64,000 nucleotides of DNA from an uncultured Gemmatimonadaceae bacterium. GTDB lineage: Bacteria; Gemmatimonadota; Gemmatimonadetes; Gemmatimonadales; Gemmatimonadaceae. Position 1 is the first letter of the stretch; each line of letters opens with the position of its first letter. Under the pieces are notes generated by a model. It made no database searches. It worked only from the letters and a program-made list of their open reading frames with translations, and had not been told where the DNA came from. Shown piece after piece: positions 1 through 11,111 of the stretch. Location: contig CAVXGK010000001.1 in assembly GCA_963761305.1 (NCBI GenBank), positions 1,248,001-1,312,000 of the forward strand, given 5' to 3'. A program made the translations under genes and the position numbers.

Positions 1-261
1 GCCGGTTTCCTCGAACGCGAGGATGCGTACGACTGGATCGTGCTCCCCCTCGGGCTGGTAGGCCGCCTCGACGACGTCGAGGGCGAGCGTGAGCGTCCCG
101 TGCGACAGCGTTCCCGCGGGGCGGCGATTGTCGTTGACTCGAGCGATCAACGCGTTCGCGACCGGTCGCGGCAACGGAACGCGCGGCGCTGGGGGAACGA
201 CCGATTCCTGCGGTGGGAGCACAGCCGACAACAACAACGCGGCGACCACGGTCAAAGCCAT
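1..261 (-). CDS. N-terminus (partial, runs off window) of a secreted protein, probably multicopper oxidase family
   Basis: Not in the ORF track. My translation is MALTVVAALLLSAVLPPQESVV...RVNDNRRPAGTLSHGTLTLALDVVEAAYQPEGEHDPVVRILAFEETG. It has a signal peptide and a GGAG RBS. The NDNRRPAG..L.L segment resembles the N-termini of multicopper oxidases; no copper ligands fall within the window. Confidence 0.6.
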   Translation of the reverse strand, partial: MALTVVAALLLSAVLPPQESVVPPAPRVPLPRPVANALIARVNDNRRPAGTLSHGTLTLALDVVEAAYQPEGEHDPVVRILAFEETG

Positions 262-401
262 CGTCGGCTCCGTGTGCGAGTGAGGGGGGGGTGGCTCAAA
301 CCTCACACTCTTGCTCACGATGTCAACGACGCGTTGTCACGAGGAACGCTTCACATGTCTTCTATATGTCAGTCCCTCGGTGGCACCGATTACTCTACGT
401 C

Positions 402-1208
402 ATGGAATTTGTCGGCCTGACGCTCCTCGGATTGGCTGTGGGCACCTTCGGCACGCTGATCGGTGCCGGCGGTGGGTTCCTGCTCGTGCCAATTCTCTTG
501 CTGCTGTATCCGAACGACGATCCGGCGACGATCACCTCGATCTCTCTGGCGGTCGTCTTCCTCAACGCCTCGTCGGGCTCGTTTGCCTACCTGCGGCAGC
601 ACAAGGTGGACGTGCGGTCCGGGCTGTGGTTCGGCGCGACGGCCGTACCCGGCGCCATCCTTGGAGCTTTGGCGGTGTCGCACGTTCCGCGCACGGCGTT
701 CGAGGTCATTCTTGGCGTGGTATTGATCGCGGCGTCCGTCTTCCTGCTCGTCTCGCAGCGGCCGGTGTCCGGGCATCACGAGGCTGGTGACTATGATTTT
801 TTCGGGCCGCAGATCAAGCACCACCGGGCCACCGGTCTCGCGCTGGCATTCGTCGTCGGATTCATCTCCAGCCTGCTCGGGATCGGCGGCGGGATCATGC
901 ACGTGCCGGCACTCGTGCACGTGCTGGACTTCCCGGTGCACGTGGCGACGGCCACGTCACACTTCGTGCTCGCGATGACCGCCGGCGCCGGCACGGCGGC
1001 GCACATCGTGTCGGGCACGTTCGCCGGCACCGTGCTGAGTCGCACAGCGGCGCTGGGCGCAGGCGTGGTGGTGGGCGCGCAGATCGGGGCGTGGTGGGCC
1101 AAGCGCGCCAAGCCGAAGTTCATTCTTCGCGGCCTGGCCGTGGCGCTGCTGTTGGTGGGAGTCCGGATGCTTTATCACGCGATCGTGACGCGGCGGATGT
1201 TCGACTGA
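402..1208 (+). CDS. Sulfite exporter TauE/SafE family membrane protein
   Basis: Duplicated GxGGG motifs (GTLIGAGGGFLLVP, SLLGIGGGIMHVP), ATATS, ~8 TM segments. Start moved to ATG 402. Confidence 0.9.
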   Translation: MEFVGLTLLGLAVGTFGTLIGAGGGFLLVPILLLLYPNDDPATITSISLAVVFLNASSGSFAYLRQHKVDVRSGLWFGATAVPGAILGALAVSHVPRTAFEVILGVVLIAASVFLLVSQRPVSGHHEAGDYDFFGPQIKHHRATGLALAFVVGFISSLLGIGGGIMHVPALVHVLDFPVHVATATSHFVLAMTAGAGTAAHIVSGTFAGTVLSRTAALGAGVVVGAQIGAWWAKRAKPKFILRGLAVALLLVGVRMLYHAIVTRRMFD

Positions 1209-1213
1209 CCGTG

Positions 1214-2290
1214 CTACTTCACACCGCGACGCGGATTGACGGCGACAGCCAGATTGAGCCGTGTGTCGTGCGTGTCGTAGCTGATCTGCAGGTTGTACCC
1301 GTTCGGCGTCGTCGTGTGATAACTCTTGAATTGCGCGACGTGAATCTCGGCGCCGTCGGATGTGTCGATCGACCAGGGCAGCCCGCGCTTCACCAACTCG
1401 TCCTTCACCTTGTCCGTGTCCCACGGCGAGATGCCGAACGAGATGTGATCGATGCGACCGCCGGCTCGGGCATTCCCTTGACCAAAAGCAGGATCGAGCG
1501 GGTTGCCGCCGCGGATGATGATGTCGCCGACGTCGCCGATCATCAGCTCGTTCTGACTTCCCTCGTCATACGTCGGCCCCCAGCCCAACAGGTTGACGTA
1601 GAACGAAACGCTCGCCTTGTAGTTCGCGGCGCCATATGACAAGTGGTCGAGCCACACGGTCTGCCATCCCGTCGGCTCGAACGGCGCCGGCGTGGAGAGC
1701 GTCGCGTTCGCGGGCGACTCCGCCCGTGCTCTGCTGAACCGCTTTCCGTTGCCGATCTGGAGATCGAAGCCATCGGGGTCCTTCACATGGAAGCTCTCGA
1801 ACCCGTTCGGTCCATTCTCCGCGACGGGGTTGAGACCACGCTTCCTCAGCTCCGCCTCGACCGTCTTGGCGTTCCACGGCTCGATGTCGAAGCCGAACCC
1901 CTCCACGACCGCGCGTACGGGAACGGCGTTGGCGCGCGCACCGGCTCGCGGCGGCGGAAAGGAATCGGCGGACACCTGCCGGAACACGGCGGTCCCCCAG
2001 TCGCCCATGTCCATCACGATGCGAGTGCCGTCGTCGCTCCGAACTTTCCAGCCCACGATCGCGGCGTAGAAGGCCGCTTCCTTCTTCGCGTCCGCGACGC
2101 GAAACGCGATGTGGTCGAGACCCGTCGTGTGCCAGCCTGTCTTGGCGAAGACCGGCGGAATGGAATCGGTGTTGCACGCCGGTGTGCCGTACGCGCGAAT
2201 GCACCGGCCCTGCGCCATGGCGTCGCGCGGTGCGGCAACCATGGCGCCGCTCAGGACGAGAGCGAATGCGATCGGACGGAAGGTGGTCAT
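1214..2290 (-). CDS. Secreted tandem VOC/glyoxalase-family protein
   Basis: Signal peptide; repeated LDHIAF/LDHLSY/IDHISF and KDPDGFDLQI/TPNGYNLQI motifs. Confidence 0.8.
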   Translation of the reverse strand: MTTFRPIAFALVLSGAMVAAPRDAMAQGRCIRAYGTPACNTDSIPPVFAKTGWHTTGLDHIAFRVADAKKEAAFYAAIVGWKVRSDDGTRIVMDMGDWGTAVFRQVSADSFPPPRAGARANAVPVRAVVEGFGFDIEPWNAKTVEAELRKRGLNPVAENGPNGFESFHVKDPDGFDLQIGNGKRFSRARAESPANATLSTPAPFEPTGWQTVWLDHLSYGAANYKASVSFYVNLLGWGPTYDEGSQNELMIGDVGDIIIRGGNPLDPAFGQGNARAGGRIDHISFGISPWDTDKVKDELVKRGLPWSIDTSDGAEIHVAQFKSYHTTTPNGYNLQISYDTHDTRLNLAVAVNPRRGVK

Positions 2291-2550
2291 GAGAGAGTGC
2301 CTCAGTTCACGGCTTGACCTTGGCGGCGGCCTTCAGAGCGTCGAGGGAGTTGGTCATTCGGGCGCCTGCATCGGCGGACGAGGCGGGGCGGGACGGCCCC
2401 GAATGTAGCGTTCGGAGGAGTCGTGCGCTCGTCCCGCCAAGCGTAGCGCCGAGGGGCCCCGGAGAAACGGAGTGGAGAGCCCCGATCCGGCGCATCCGCC
2501 AAAGGGCCGGCGCATATTTGGCTTGTCCTTTCCTCGACGCGGAGTTCTCG

Positions 2551-5358
2551 ATGCGACCTTACTCATACATACTCCGCGCGGTACAAGTGGGAACGCTGAC
2601 CCTGACGCCAGGTGCATCGCGACCGAGCGCAGCGCCCTCGCCGGTGCATGTGGCCGAGCTGCGCATCGAGTATCTGTCGAATCCGCTGGCGATCGACGCG
2701 CGCGCACCTCGCATGAGTTGGGTGCTCCTGGCGCCCGGCGTCCGCGGCGTGACTCAGAGCGCGTACCAGATCGAGGTTGCCAGCACCGCCGCCAATCTCG
2801 CCGCCGACAAGGCCGATCTCTGGAACTCTGGCAAGGTCACGAGCGACAACCAGAACCAGATCGTATTTGCGGGACGGCCACTCACGTCCCGCGAGCAGGT
2901 CTTCTGGAAGGTGCGCATCTGGGATCAGACCGGCGCGCCGTCGGCGTGGAGCGCGCCGGCCACTTGGGCAATGGGACTCCTCGATCGCGGCGAATGGTCG
3001 GCGCAGTGGATCGGTGACGCAACTCCGTCGACGACGAATGTCGCGGTGACCGCTCTGCGCCGGCGCTTCACGCTCGCCGGGCGTCCGTCGCGCGCCATCG
3101 TTTACGCGAGCGCGCTCGGAGTCTACGAGCTGCACATCAACGGCCAACGAGTCGGCGATCACGTTTTGGCGCCAGAGTTCACCGACTATCACATCCGCAC
3201 CCAGTACCAGGCGTACGACGTGACGTCGCTGCTTCATCCCGGCGAGAACGTGATCGCCGCCTGGCTGGGCGATGGCTGGTACGCCGGCGGAATCGGTCTC
3301 GCGCAGGAGCTGGTGAAGCAGCGTCGGAACATCTACGGCAATCATCCGCGCTTTCTGGCGCAGCTCGAGGTCACGTCGCTCGGGCGCACCACGCGCATCG
3401 TGACCGATTCTTTCTGGCGCGTGACGCGCGACGGGCCGATTCGCTCTTCCGACGTCCTCAATGGCGAAGAGTACGACGCTCGCCGAGAGATGCCAGGATG
3501 GGATACGCCGAGGTTTGTCGATACGCGATGGAGCAGCGCGGACGTCGCCGGCAGCGTGGCGACCGAGCTTGTGGCACAGCCCAACGAGCCGGTGCGCGTG
3601 ACGGCGGACATCAAGCCGACCGCCGTCAGCGAACCGAAGCCCGGTGTGTACGTCTTCGACCTGGGGCAGAACATGGTCGGGTGGACACGGATTGCCGTGC
3701 GCGGCGCCGCGGGCAACACAATAACCCTGACTCACGGCGAAATGCTCGACGACGGCGGCATGGTGTACACCGACAACCTTCGCGGGGCGGAACAGACCGA
3801 TCGCTTCACGCTGCGCGGCGCGGGCGCGCCCGAGCGGTTCGAGCCGCACTTTACTTATCACGGTTTCCGCTACGTGCAGGTGAGCGGACTGACCACGAAG
3901 CCCGCACTCACCGACCTCACCGGACGTCAGGTCAACTCGGATCTCAGTTGGGTGGGAGAGTTGGCCACGTCGTCACCACTGCTCAACACGCTCTGGCACA
4001 ACGTGGTCTGGACGCAGCGCGACAACATGATCGGCATCCCCACCGACTGTCCGCAGCGCGACGAGCGGCTCGGCTGGATGGGCGACATCCAGGTCTTCAG
4101 CGGCACGTCGATGTTCAACGCCGACATGGCGGCGTTCTTCACGAAATGGCTGCGCGACGTGCGCGACGCGCAGACACCGGACGGTCGCTTTGCCGACTTC
4201 TCCCCGCAGCCCTTCCGCGAGCGACTCGACTCGATGCGCGCCGATGATTTCACGGGCGTGCCGGGGTGGGGCGACGCCGGCGTCGTGGTCCCTTGGCGGA
4301 TGTGGCAGCAGTACGGCGACGTGCAGGCGATCCGCGACAGCTACGACGCCGCGAAGAAGTGGGTCGACTACATCCATCGCAACAATCCCGACCTCCTCTG
4401 GAAGAATCAGCGCGGCAACGACTACGGCGACTGGCTCAACGCCGACACGGAGAACGACTCGACGATCCCGCGGAAGGGTGGCGAAGTCCCCAGGCCGGTC
4501 TTCGCCACGATGATGTTCGCCTACGCCACCGACATCGTCGCCCGGATGGCAACGGTGCTGAACCGCGACGCGGAAGCGCGGCAGTACGGCGAGCTCTTTC
4601 GAGACATCAAGGCGGCGTTCAATCGCGCCTATGTGTCGGCCGACGGTCACATCGAAGGCAATACGCAGGCCGGCTACGCACTGGCGCTGCACTTCGACCT
4701 TCTCCCCGACTCGTTGCGCACGGCCGCCGTGCGTTACATGGTCGACGGCATCGACGCCTATCACGGTCACATGTCGACCGGATTTCACTCGAGCTATCGG
4801 ATGATGCTCGAGCTCTCACGCGCCGGGCGTTCGGATGTCGCGTACCGGCTCGTCAACACCACGACGTTCCCGAGCTGGGGTTATTCGATCGCCAACGGTG
4901 CCACCACCATCTGGGAGCGATGGGACGGCTACGTGAAAGGGCGCGGCTTCCAGGACAAGGGGATGAACTCGTTCAATCACTACGCCATCGGCGCCGTCGG
5001 TGAATGGATGTACCGCACCATCCTCGGCATCAACAACGACGATGCACATCCGGGGTACGCGGAGTTCGTCATTCATCCGATCCCCGGCGGCGGACTCACC
5101 TGGGCGCGCGGGACGCATCGCACGATCCGCGGAACGATCGCATCCAATTGGCGAGTCGATGGCAACACGTTCACTGAAGAGGTGACGATCCCCGCGAACA
5201 CGTCGGCGACGGTCTATGTCCCGGCCGCGTCTGCAGATCATGTCACCGAGAGTGAAGTGGCGGCTGACCGGGCGCCGGGTGTGCGCTTTCTCCGAATGGA
5301 AGGAGAGGCGGCGCTGTATCGCGTGGGGTCAGGGACGTATCGGTTCGTGGTGAAGTAG
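2551..5358 (+). CDS. Alpha-L-rhamnosidase, glycoside hydrolase family 78
   Basis: DLGQNMVG, FTYHGFRYV, PTDCPQRDERLGWMGD, GATTIWERW, MNSFNHY. GGAG RBS before ATG 2551. Confidence 0.93.
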   Translation: MRPYSYILRAVQVGTLTLTPGASRPSAAPSPVHVAELRIEYLSNPLAIDARAPRMSWVLLAPGVRGVTQSAYQIEVASTAANLAADKADLWNSGKVTSDNQNQIVFAGRPLTSREQVFWKVRIWDQTGAPSAWSAPATWAMGLLDRGEWSAQWIGDATPSTTNVAVTALRRRFTLAGRPSRAIVYASALGVYELHINGQRVGDHVLAPEFTDYHIRTQYQAYDVTSLLHPGENVIAAWLGDGWYAGGIGLAQELVKQRRNIYGNHPRFLAQLEVTSLGRTTRIVTDSFWRVTRDGPIRSSDVLNGEEYDARREMPGWDTPRFVDTRWSSADVAGSVATELVAQPNEPVRVTADIKPTAVSEPKPGVYVFDLGQNMVGWTRIAVRGAAGNTITLTHGEMLDDGGMVYTDNLRGAEQTDRFTLRGAGAPERFEPHFTYHGFRYVQVSGLTTKPALTDLTGRQVNSDLSWVGELATSSPLLNTLWHNVVWTQRDNMIGIPTDCPQRDERLGWMGDIQVFSGTSMFNADMAAFFTKWLRDVRDAQTPDGRFADFSPQPFRERLDSMRADDFTGVPGWGDAGVVVPWRMWQQYGDVQAIRDSYDAAKKWVDYIHRNNPDLLWKNQRGNDYGDWLNADTENDSTIPRKGGEVPRPVFATMMFAYATDIVARMATVLNRDAEARQYGELFRDIKAAFNRAYVSADGHIEGNTQAGYALALHFDLLPDSLRTAAVRYMVDGIDAYHGHMSTGFHSSYRMMLELSRAGRSDVAYRLVNTTTFPSWGYSIANGATTIWERWDGYVKGRGFQDKGMNSFNHYAIGAVGEWMYRTILGINNDDAHPGYAEFVIHPIPGGGLTWARGTHRTIRGTIASNWRVDGNTFTEEVTIPANTSATVYVPAASADHVTESEVAADRAPGVRFLRMEGEAALYRVGSGTYRFVVK

Positions 5359-5390
5359 CGAGGCCCGGAGATTTTGTGAGGCGCTTGCTA

Positions 5391-5999
5391 CTATCGCAGC
5401 CGTTCAGGCACGATGGTCTCGCCGCGGGCCAGCATCGCGACCAACTCGGCGATTTTCTTCTTCCGGCCCGCCGGCGTCTTCATGTTGTTCGTCCGAAACG
5501 CCAGCGCAAAGAGGTTCTGCCGCCCGAGGGTTTTGAATGTTTTCCGCGCGCGTGCGTTGGCTTGGATGGCGGCGCGAAGATCGTCGGGCAGGGTGGACGC
5601 CGTCGCGCTGCGCATCGGTGCGTACGCGGCATCCCATCGCCCATCCGACTTCGCCGCGTCGACGTGTCGCTGGCCATGCGGCGTCATGCGGCCGGTTTCC
5701 GTGAGGCGACTGATGTGGCCGCGGTTGATTTGACTCCAGATGCTCTTCGCTTTGCGCGGCGTGAACCGCTGAAGGAAAGACCGCTCGTCGAATCCCTTTC
5801 GGATACCGTCGATCCAGCCCCAACACAGCGCCACGTCGAGCGCTTCCGCGTAAGTCACCGTCGGGAGCCGGGTATCTTTCTTGTGGATCTTGAGCCAGAT
5901 CTCCGTCTCGCGATCGTGATTCGAGCTCAGCCAGCCTTCGAATGCCGTTGCCGAAGCAAAGGCTTTGATCTTCCTTGGGTTAGGAATGATAGGCGCCAT
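5391..5999 (-). CDS. YdeI/OmpD-associated family protein
   Basis: ALDVALCWGWIDG, QRFTPRKAKSIWSQIN, LPDDLRAA. Confidence 0.9.
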   Translation of the reverse strand: MAPIIPNPRKIKAFASATAFEGWLSSNHDRETEIWLKIHKKDTRLPTVTYAEALDVALCWGWIDGIRKGFDERSFLQRFTPRKAKSIWSQINRGHISRLTETGRMTPHGQRHVDAAKSDGRWDAAYAPMRSATASTLPDDLRAAIQANARARKTFKTLGRQNLFALAFRTNNMKTPAGRKKKIAELVAMLARGETIVPERLR

Positions 6000-6128
6000 G
6001 GGATCCTCGCCGGGCGGGTCGCTGGGCTTCGTTGTGCATCGCGGGCGTTATGCCGCGAGATTTCTCCAGTATAACGCTCGTGAGCCAGCCACGGGTGCAC
6101 CGTCGAACCGTACGCGTCGGAGGACTCT

Positions 6129-6293
6129 ATGAAACACAAAGGCGAACGTAACATCCCCGATTTCTCCAAGAAGCCGAAGGTGACGAACCCCGTCACGCCG
6201 GATGGACGCGCGTCGAATGCAAAGCCGCCGGCGCGCGCGCCGCAGGTCAAGCCACAGGCGACGTCATCGAAGTCCGGGCGCCGCGGCACGTAG
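6129..6293 (+). CDS. Small basic hypothetical protein (54 aa)
   Basis: GGAGG RBS then ATG; MKHKGERNIPDFSKKPKVTNPVTPDGRASNAKPPARAPQVKPQATSSKSGRRGT; fills an intergenic gap. Confidence 0.65.
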   Translation: MKHKGERNIPDFSKKPKVTNPVTPDGRASNAKPPARAPQVKPQATSSKSGRRGT

Positions 6294-6333
6294 TTCGACA
6301 CGTCGGAGCGAGTGATCGTCTCCCGTCGATCGA

Positions 6334-6909
6334 CTACTTCTTGGCTGTTCGACGCGACCGCAAGACCTCGTAGCGAAGTCCGACCACGCCGTCGACGTAC
6401 TTCTTCGCCGCGATGAGCCTCAGGTCGATGTCGCGGTGCCGCGGCGCGATCAGCGGGATGCCCTTGCCGATGAGCACCGGGATCACGTGAAGTTGGAACT
6501 CGTCGATCTCGCCGGCGTCGAGGAACGAGGCGATGAGTTGGCCGCCGCCCATCATCCAGATGTTCTTTCCTCGTGCAGCGCGCAATCGGCGTGCGACCAC
6601 TTTGGCGGATTCTGACGTGAACTGGACGCCGGGCAGCGCGCGCTTGGGAGGCTTTCGCGTGAAGACGTAGTGCGGCATCCGCGTATCGAAGACGTTTGTC
6701 CCGGGATGCTTCCTGAGGTATCGGACGGCCCAGTCGTAGGTCCCGCGGCCGAGCAGTATGGTATCGACGCTCGCGTTGAATTTCGCGTATCCGTGGTCGA
6801 CGGTGTCCGGGATGCGGTTGAGCCATTCGACGTCGCCGTCGGGGCGCGCGATGAAACCGTCAGCGCTGACGGCGAGATAGGCGATGATCTTTCTTTCTCG
6901 TTTCATCAT
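6334..6909 (-). CDS. Dihydrofolate reductase/RibD C-terminal family protein
   Basis: IIAYLAVSADGFIA, LLGRGTY, IWMMGGG, IDEFQLHVIPVLIGKG. Confidence 0.9.
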   Translation of the reverse strand: MMKRERKIIAYLAVSADGFIARPDGDVEWLNRIPDTVDHGYAKFNASVDTILLGRGTYDWAVRYLRKHPGTNVFDTRMPHYVFTRKPPKRALPGVQFTSESAKVVARRLRAARGKNIWMMGGGQLIASFLDAGEIDEFQLHVIPVLIGKGIPLIAPRHRDIDLRLIAAKKYVDGVVGLRYEVLRSRRTAKK

Positions 6910-6917
6910 CGATTCGG

Positions 6918-7469
6918 TCAGCGAAACCGCTCGTCGGCGTCGCGCTCCCAGCGCCACACGAGGCCGTCCTCGGGATCGTCGACCGCGCCTCGTAACTCGA
7001 AACCCGCCCTCGTGAGCACCGACGTCGACGCGTTGCGCTCGGGAAGCGTGTGTGCGCGGATGCGTCGCACGCGCTCGTCGCGGCTGGCGTACTCCACCAA
7101 CCCGCCGGCGGCCTCGGTCGCATAGCCGCGTCCACGGTACGCGGGGGCGATCCCGTAGGCGATCTCGACCACGCCGTCGTCGTCGGGCGGGCCCTTGAAG
7201 GACGCCATGCCGAGTGCGATGCCGGTCATTGTCTCGAGGACGACGAATCCGAATTGCCACGGGTCCCGGTCTACGGTGGCGGCACGCAGGCGCTCCAGCC
7301 AGGCAGGCGAGACGTCGTCGGACACCAGCATCGCACGGAGGCCATCGGCCGGTTTGAGATTCGATTCGGCCGCGAACTGCGCGTCGCCTTCGCGGAGCGC
7401 CAGCAGCTCCGCCGGTGCGAACGGACGGAGCATGAGCGTTTCGGTGATTACTCCGATGAATTGAGGCAC
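6918..7469 (-). CDS. GNAT N-acetyltransferase (RimJ/RimL-like)
   Basis: VEIAYGIAPAYRGRGYATEA, NASTSVLTRAGF. GTG start chosen from a GGGAG RBS. Confidence 0.88.
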   Translation of the reverse strand: MPQFIGVITETLMLRPFAPAELLALREGDAQFAAESNLKPADGLRAMLVSDDVSPAWLERLRAATVDRDPWQFGFVVLETMTGIALGMASFKGPPDDDGVVEIAYGIAPAYRGRGYATEAAGGLVEYASRDERVRRIRAHTLPERNASTSVLTRAGFELRGAVDDPEDGLVWRWERDADERFR

Positions 7470-7859
7470 GACGCTGTGCTCCCGAGCGGGACGCAGTAGC
7501 ATTGTAAATGAGCCGGGCTAGCGACTGCGCGCCAGATCCTCCGATGATTGCGGGACGGTGGGGAAAACCGTCCGAAGTGTTGCTCGACCTCGAAGTCGAC
7601 CGAAACGGATCGGTCCGCGGCGTTGCGAATCCGGCGTGACGTAAGGACGCTCGTCAGGTGAACCGCGCATCTCGCGGCGTGCGGCATCGCGACCGGCAAT
7701 GCTCACTCCATGGGGCCCGCTTCTCACGCTGGATGCGTCGTCCGTCCCATTCAGTTGCGGCTTAGCCCGGCCGGACTAGAATCAAAATCCCAAGACCGCG
7801 CTGACGCTCGAACACCACCCAGCCCCGTTCCCCCGCCGCGCGCACTCAGGAGTCCAGGA

Positions 7860-10305
7860 ATGGAAACGATTCTCCAGGACGTCCGCGTCACGCTCCGCGC
7901 ATTCCGCCGTTCGCCCGGTTTCCCGCTCACGGCCATCGCCACACTCGCACTCGGCATCGGCGCCACGACGGCGATCTTCACCACGCTGAGCGCCGTCCTT
8001 CTCAAGCCGCTTCCATATCCCAACCCGCAGGATCTCTACAGCCTGCGAACCGCGCTCACCGACGGACGCGTCACCACGGGACTTCTGTCGGGCGGAGAGC
8101 TCTACCGGCTGAACGATCCGAAGCTCTCCGTCGAGCACGCGGCGGGATACGCGGCCGGCGACCTCACGCTCATCGCCGCCGACGGGACGCCGTCGCACAT
8201 CGACGCATACCAAGTGAGCGAAGGGTTCTTCGAGCTGTTCGGCCTGCCGATGACGATGGGCGGTTTCAAGCACGACGACTTCACGCCATTCCCGCCGCCG
8301 GCACCCAATGCGCCGCCGCAGCAATTTCCACTTCCCACCGTGGTGATCTCGTCTCGTCTGTGGAAGCAGCTCTACAGCAGCGACCCCGCGGTGATCGGCA
8401 AACCCATTCACTTCGCGGAATTCAACTCCACGGTTGCCGGCGTCGCGCCGCGCGATCTCGACATCCCGCACGGCGCCGACGTCTTCGTGGCCCAGCGCAC
8501 GCCTTCCACCGACGTCAACCACGGGCAAGAGGCGTTCGTGCGACTGCGGCGCGGGTCGACGATCGAACGCGCGAAGAGCGAGATGGCGTCGGTCATGGCC
8601 GGCCTCGCCACCGACTTCCCCGCCGCGGACAAGAACCGGGTCTACGTCCCGAAGCCGCTCGTCGACTCGATCGTCGGCGACTTGGGCCCGATCCTCATCA
8701 TCGTCATGGCGGCGACCGGGTTGCTGCTCCTGCTCGCGTGCGTCAACGTCGCCAACCTGCTGCTCGCGCGCGGCGCGGCGAGAGCGCGCGAGATGGCCGT
8801 GCGCGCGGCGCTCGGCGCGGGATGGAGCCGGCTCGTTCGCCAGCTCCTCACGGAGTCGATGGTGCTGGCGACCGCCGGCACCATCGCCGGCGTGGCCGTC
8901 GGCGCGCTGGGCCTCCGGGCGCTGCTCGCGCTCGGCGCGTCGAAGCTGCCCCGCCTCGACGCCGTTTCGTTCGACGCGCGAGCCCTGCTCTTTTCGCTGG
9001 CCGTGCTCGTCGTCACCGGCGCGATCATCGGCCTGGCCCCGGCGGTTCGTCTGCTTCGCAGCGATATGAAGACGCTCATGAACGACAGCTCACGCTCGGC
9101 CAGCGCCGGCCGCGGCACGGCGCGCTGGCTGATGGCGATGACCGTGGCCGAAGTCGCGCTGGCGATCATGTTGGTGGCCGGCGCCGGCTGGCTCGTTCGA
9201 GGATTCGCGAATCTCCGGAACACCGACGCCGGCTTCGTGCCGGACAAGCGGCTCCTGTTCGACGTGTCCTTTCTGGGACCGCGATATCAGACGCCGGACG
9301 CCGTTCGTCAGGCGCAGCTCGATCTCGTGAGCGCCGTCCGCAAGCATTCGCGGCGTGACCGAGGTCGGACTCGTCTCGGCGTATCCGACACGCAGCAGGC
9401 TCGAGAGCTCGCTGCTCGCGCAGTTTCATGGCGAGCCGTTCGACGCGGCCAATCCGCCCGGTACGCGCCAGCGGTTCGCCGGACCGGGACTCTTCGCCGC
9501 GATGGGCACGCCCATCCTCAAGGGTCGCGATTTCGCCACCAGCGACCTGCCGACGACGCAACCGGTAGCGATCGTCAACCACGTGTTCGTCGACCGCTAC
9601 CTCAAGGGACGCGATCCGATCGGGGTGCAGTTTTCAGCCGGATATCCGGCACCCGATCCCAAGAACGAAGTGACGATCGTGGGCGTGATCGGCGACGTGC
9701 GACAGAAGTCGCTCGCCGAGTCGGCGGAGCCGGCGTTCTACTCTCCGCTGCCGCAGATTCCGCTGCGGCGCGCGACGGCCGTCGTGTCCATGTCGCAATC
9801 GGATCCGGCGCCCGTCGAGCGAGCGATCCGCGCGGAGATACGGAAGCTCAACCCGACGATGGCACTCGATTTCCAGCTCGCGTCGGACGTCGTCGGAGGC
9901 ACGATCCGACGCCAGGAGCTCGGGATGACGCTGATGCTCATCTTCGGCGGCATCGCGATCGTGCTCGCGGCCGTGGGGATCTACGGCGTCGTGTCGTACG
10001 CCGGCTCTCTGCGGCGCGAAGAGATGGCTACGCGCCTCGCTCTCGGCGCGTCACCGCACTCCGTGTTTTTGCTCGTCATGAGGCAGGGTGCGACCCTCGG
10101 CCTCGTCGGCGCCGCGATCGGTCTGGGTCTGGCCTACTTCTCCGGTCAGGTCATTTCAAATCGCGTCTATGCGATCCGGGCGTCGGATCCCCTGATCCTG
10201 TCGATCGCCACATTACTGATCGGGTCGATCACGGTTCTGGCAACCACGATTCCCGCGGCGCGCGCGGCGCGGCTGAATCCCGCCACTGCGTTGCAATCGG
10301 AATGA
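7860..10305 (+). CDS. ADOP-type duplicated ABC permease (MacB/FtsX domains), frameshift near 9343
   Basis: TLALGIGATTAIF, LLLACVNVANLLLAR, RAALGAG, LAAVGIYGVVSY. The C-terminal half is in ORF 9355..10305. Confidence 0.88.
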
Positions 10306-11111
10306 GGCGAGGAGGAACGTCAGGCTCAGGCACCGCGGTGCGCCTCGGCAACATCGACGTCTGCCGCATCGGACTCGGCACGAATCGGCTCCGGGACACC
10401 GACGCCCACGTCGCGTTCATCCGCGCCGCGGTCGACACCGGCGTCCAAATGATCGACACGGCGCATCTCTACACCGGCGGGGAGAGCGAGAAGACTATCG
10501 GACGCGCGTTGTCGACCCCGCACACCGAGGTCGTCGTGGCGACGAAAGGTGGGTACGGCGACACGGGACGCGGCAGGCCCGAATTGCTGCGACAGGAAAT
10601 CGAGCAGAGTCTCGCGGGCCTGAGAACCGCCCACATCGCGCTCTACTACCTCCATCGCGTGGACCCGGAGACGCCGATCGAGGAGAGCTTGGGCGCGATC
10701 AAGGAGTATGTCGACCGCGGCGCCATCGAGCGAGTCGGGATCTCGAAGGTCGACATTCCGCTCATCGAGCGGGCGCGCAAAGTGATGCCGATCGCGGCGG
10801 TGCAGAACGAGTACAACCTCGCCGAGCGCGGATACGACGATGTCGTCGACTACTGCGCGCGCGAGGAGATCGTCTTCGTGCCGTACTATCCGCTGCGCGC
10901 CGAGCCGAATCGCGCGCTGCGCGAAACGGCGGTGCGGCACGGAGCGACGCCGCGACAGGTGATGCTCGCCTGGCTGTTGAAACGGTCGCCGGCGATGCTC
11001 CCGATTCCCGGCACGCTATCGCTGGCGCATCTCGAGGAGAACCTCGGCGCCCTGACGGTCGAGCTGTCGGACGCCGAGTTCGACGACCTCGCGGGCCCGC
11101 ACGCTGCCTGA
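10302..11111 (+). CDS. Aldo/keto reductase
   Basis: IGLGT, MIDTAHLY, VATKGG, YYLHRVDP, AVQNEYNL, PIPGT; ATGA overlap with the permease stop. Confidence 0.9.
   Translation: MRRGGTSGSGTAVRLGNIDVCRIGLGTNRLRDTDAHVAFIRAAVDTGVQMIDTAHLYTGGESEKTIGRALSTPHTEVVVATKGGYGDTGRGRPELLRQEIEQSLAGLRTAHIALYYLHRVDPETPIEESLGAIKEYVDRGAIERVGISKVDIPLIERARKVMPIAAVQNEYNLAERGYDDVVDYCAREEIVFVPYYPLRAEPNRALRETAVRHGATPRQVMLAWLLKRSPAMLPIPGTLSLAHLEENLGALTVELSDAEFDDLAGPHAA

Noticed and set aside
7710..11111. 1133-aa ORF appearing to fuse an ABC permease with an aldo/keto reductase
   Set aside because: Artefact of a +1 frameshift near 9343. The permease continues in another frame to 10305 and the reductase has its own ATG at 10302.
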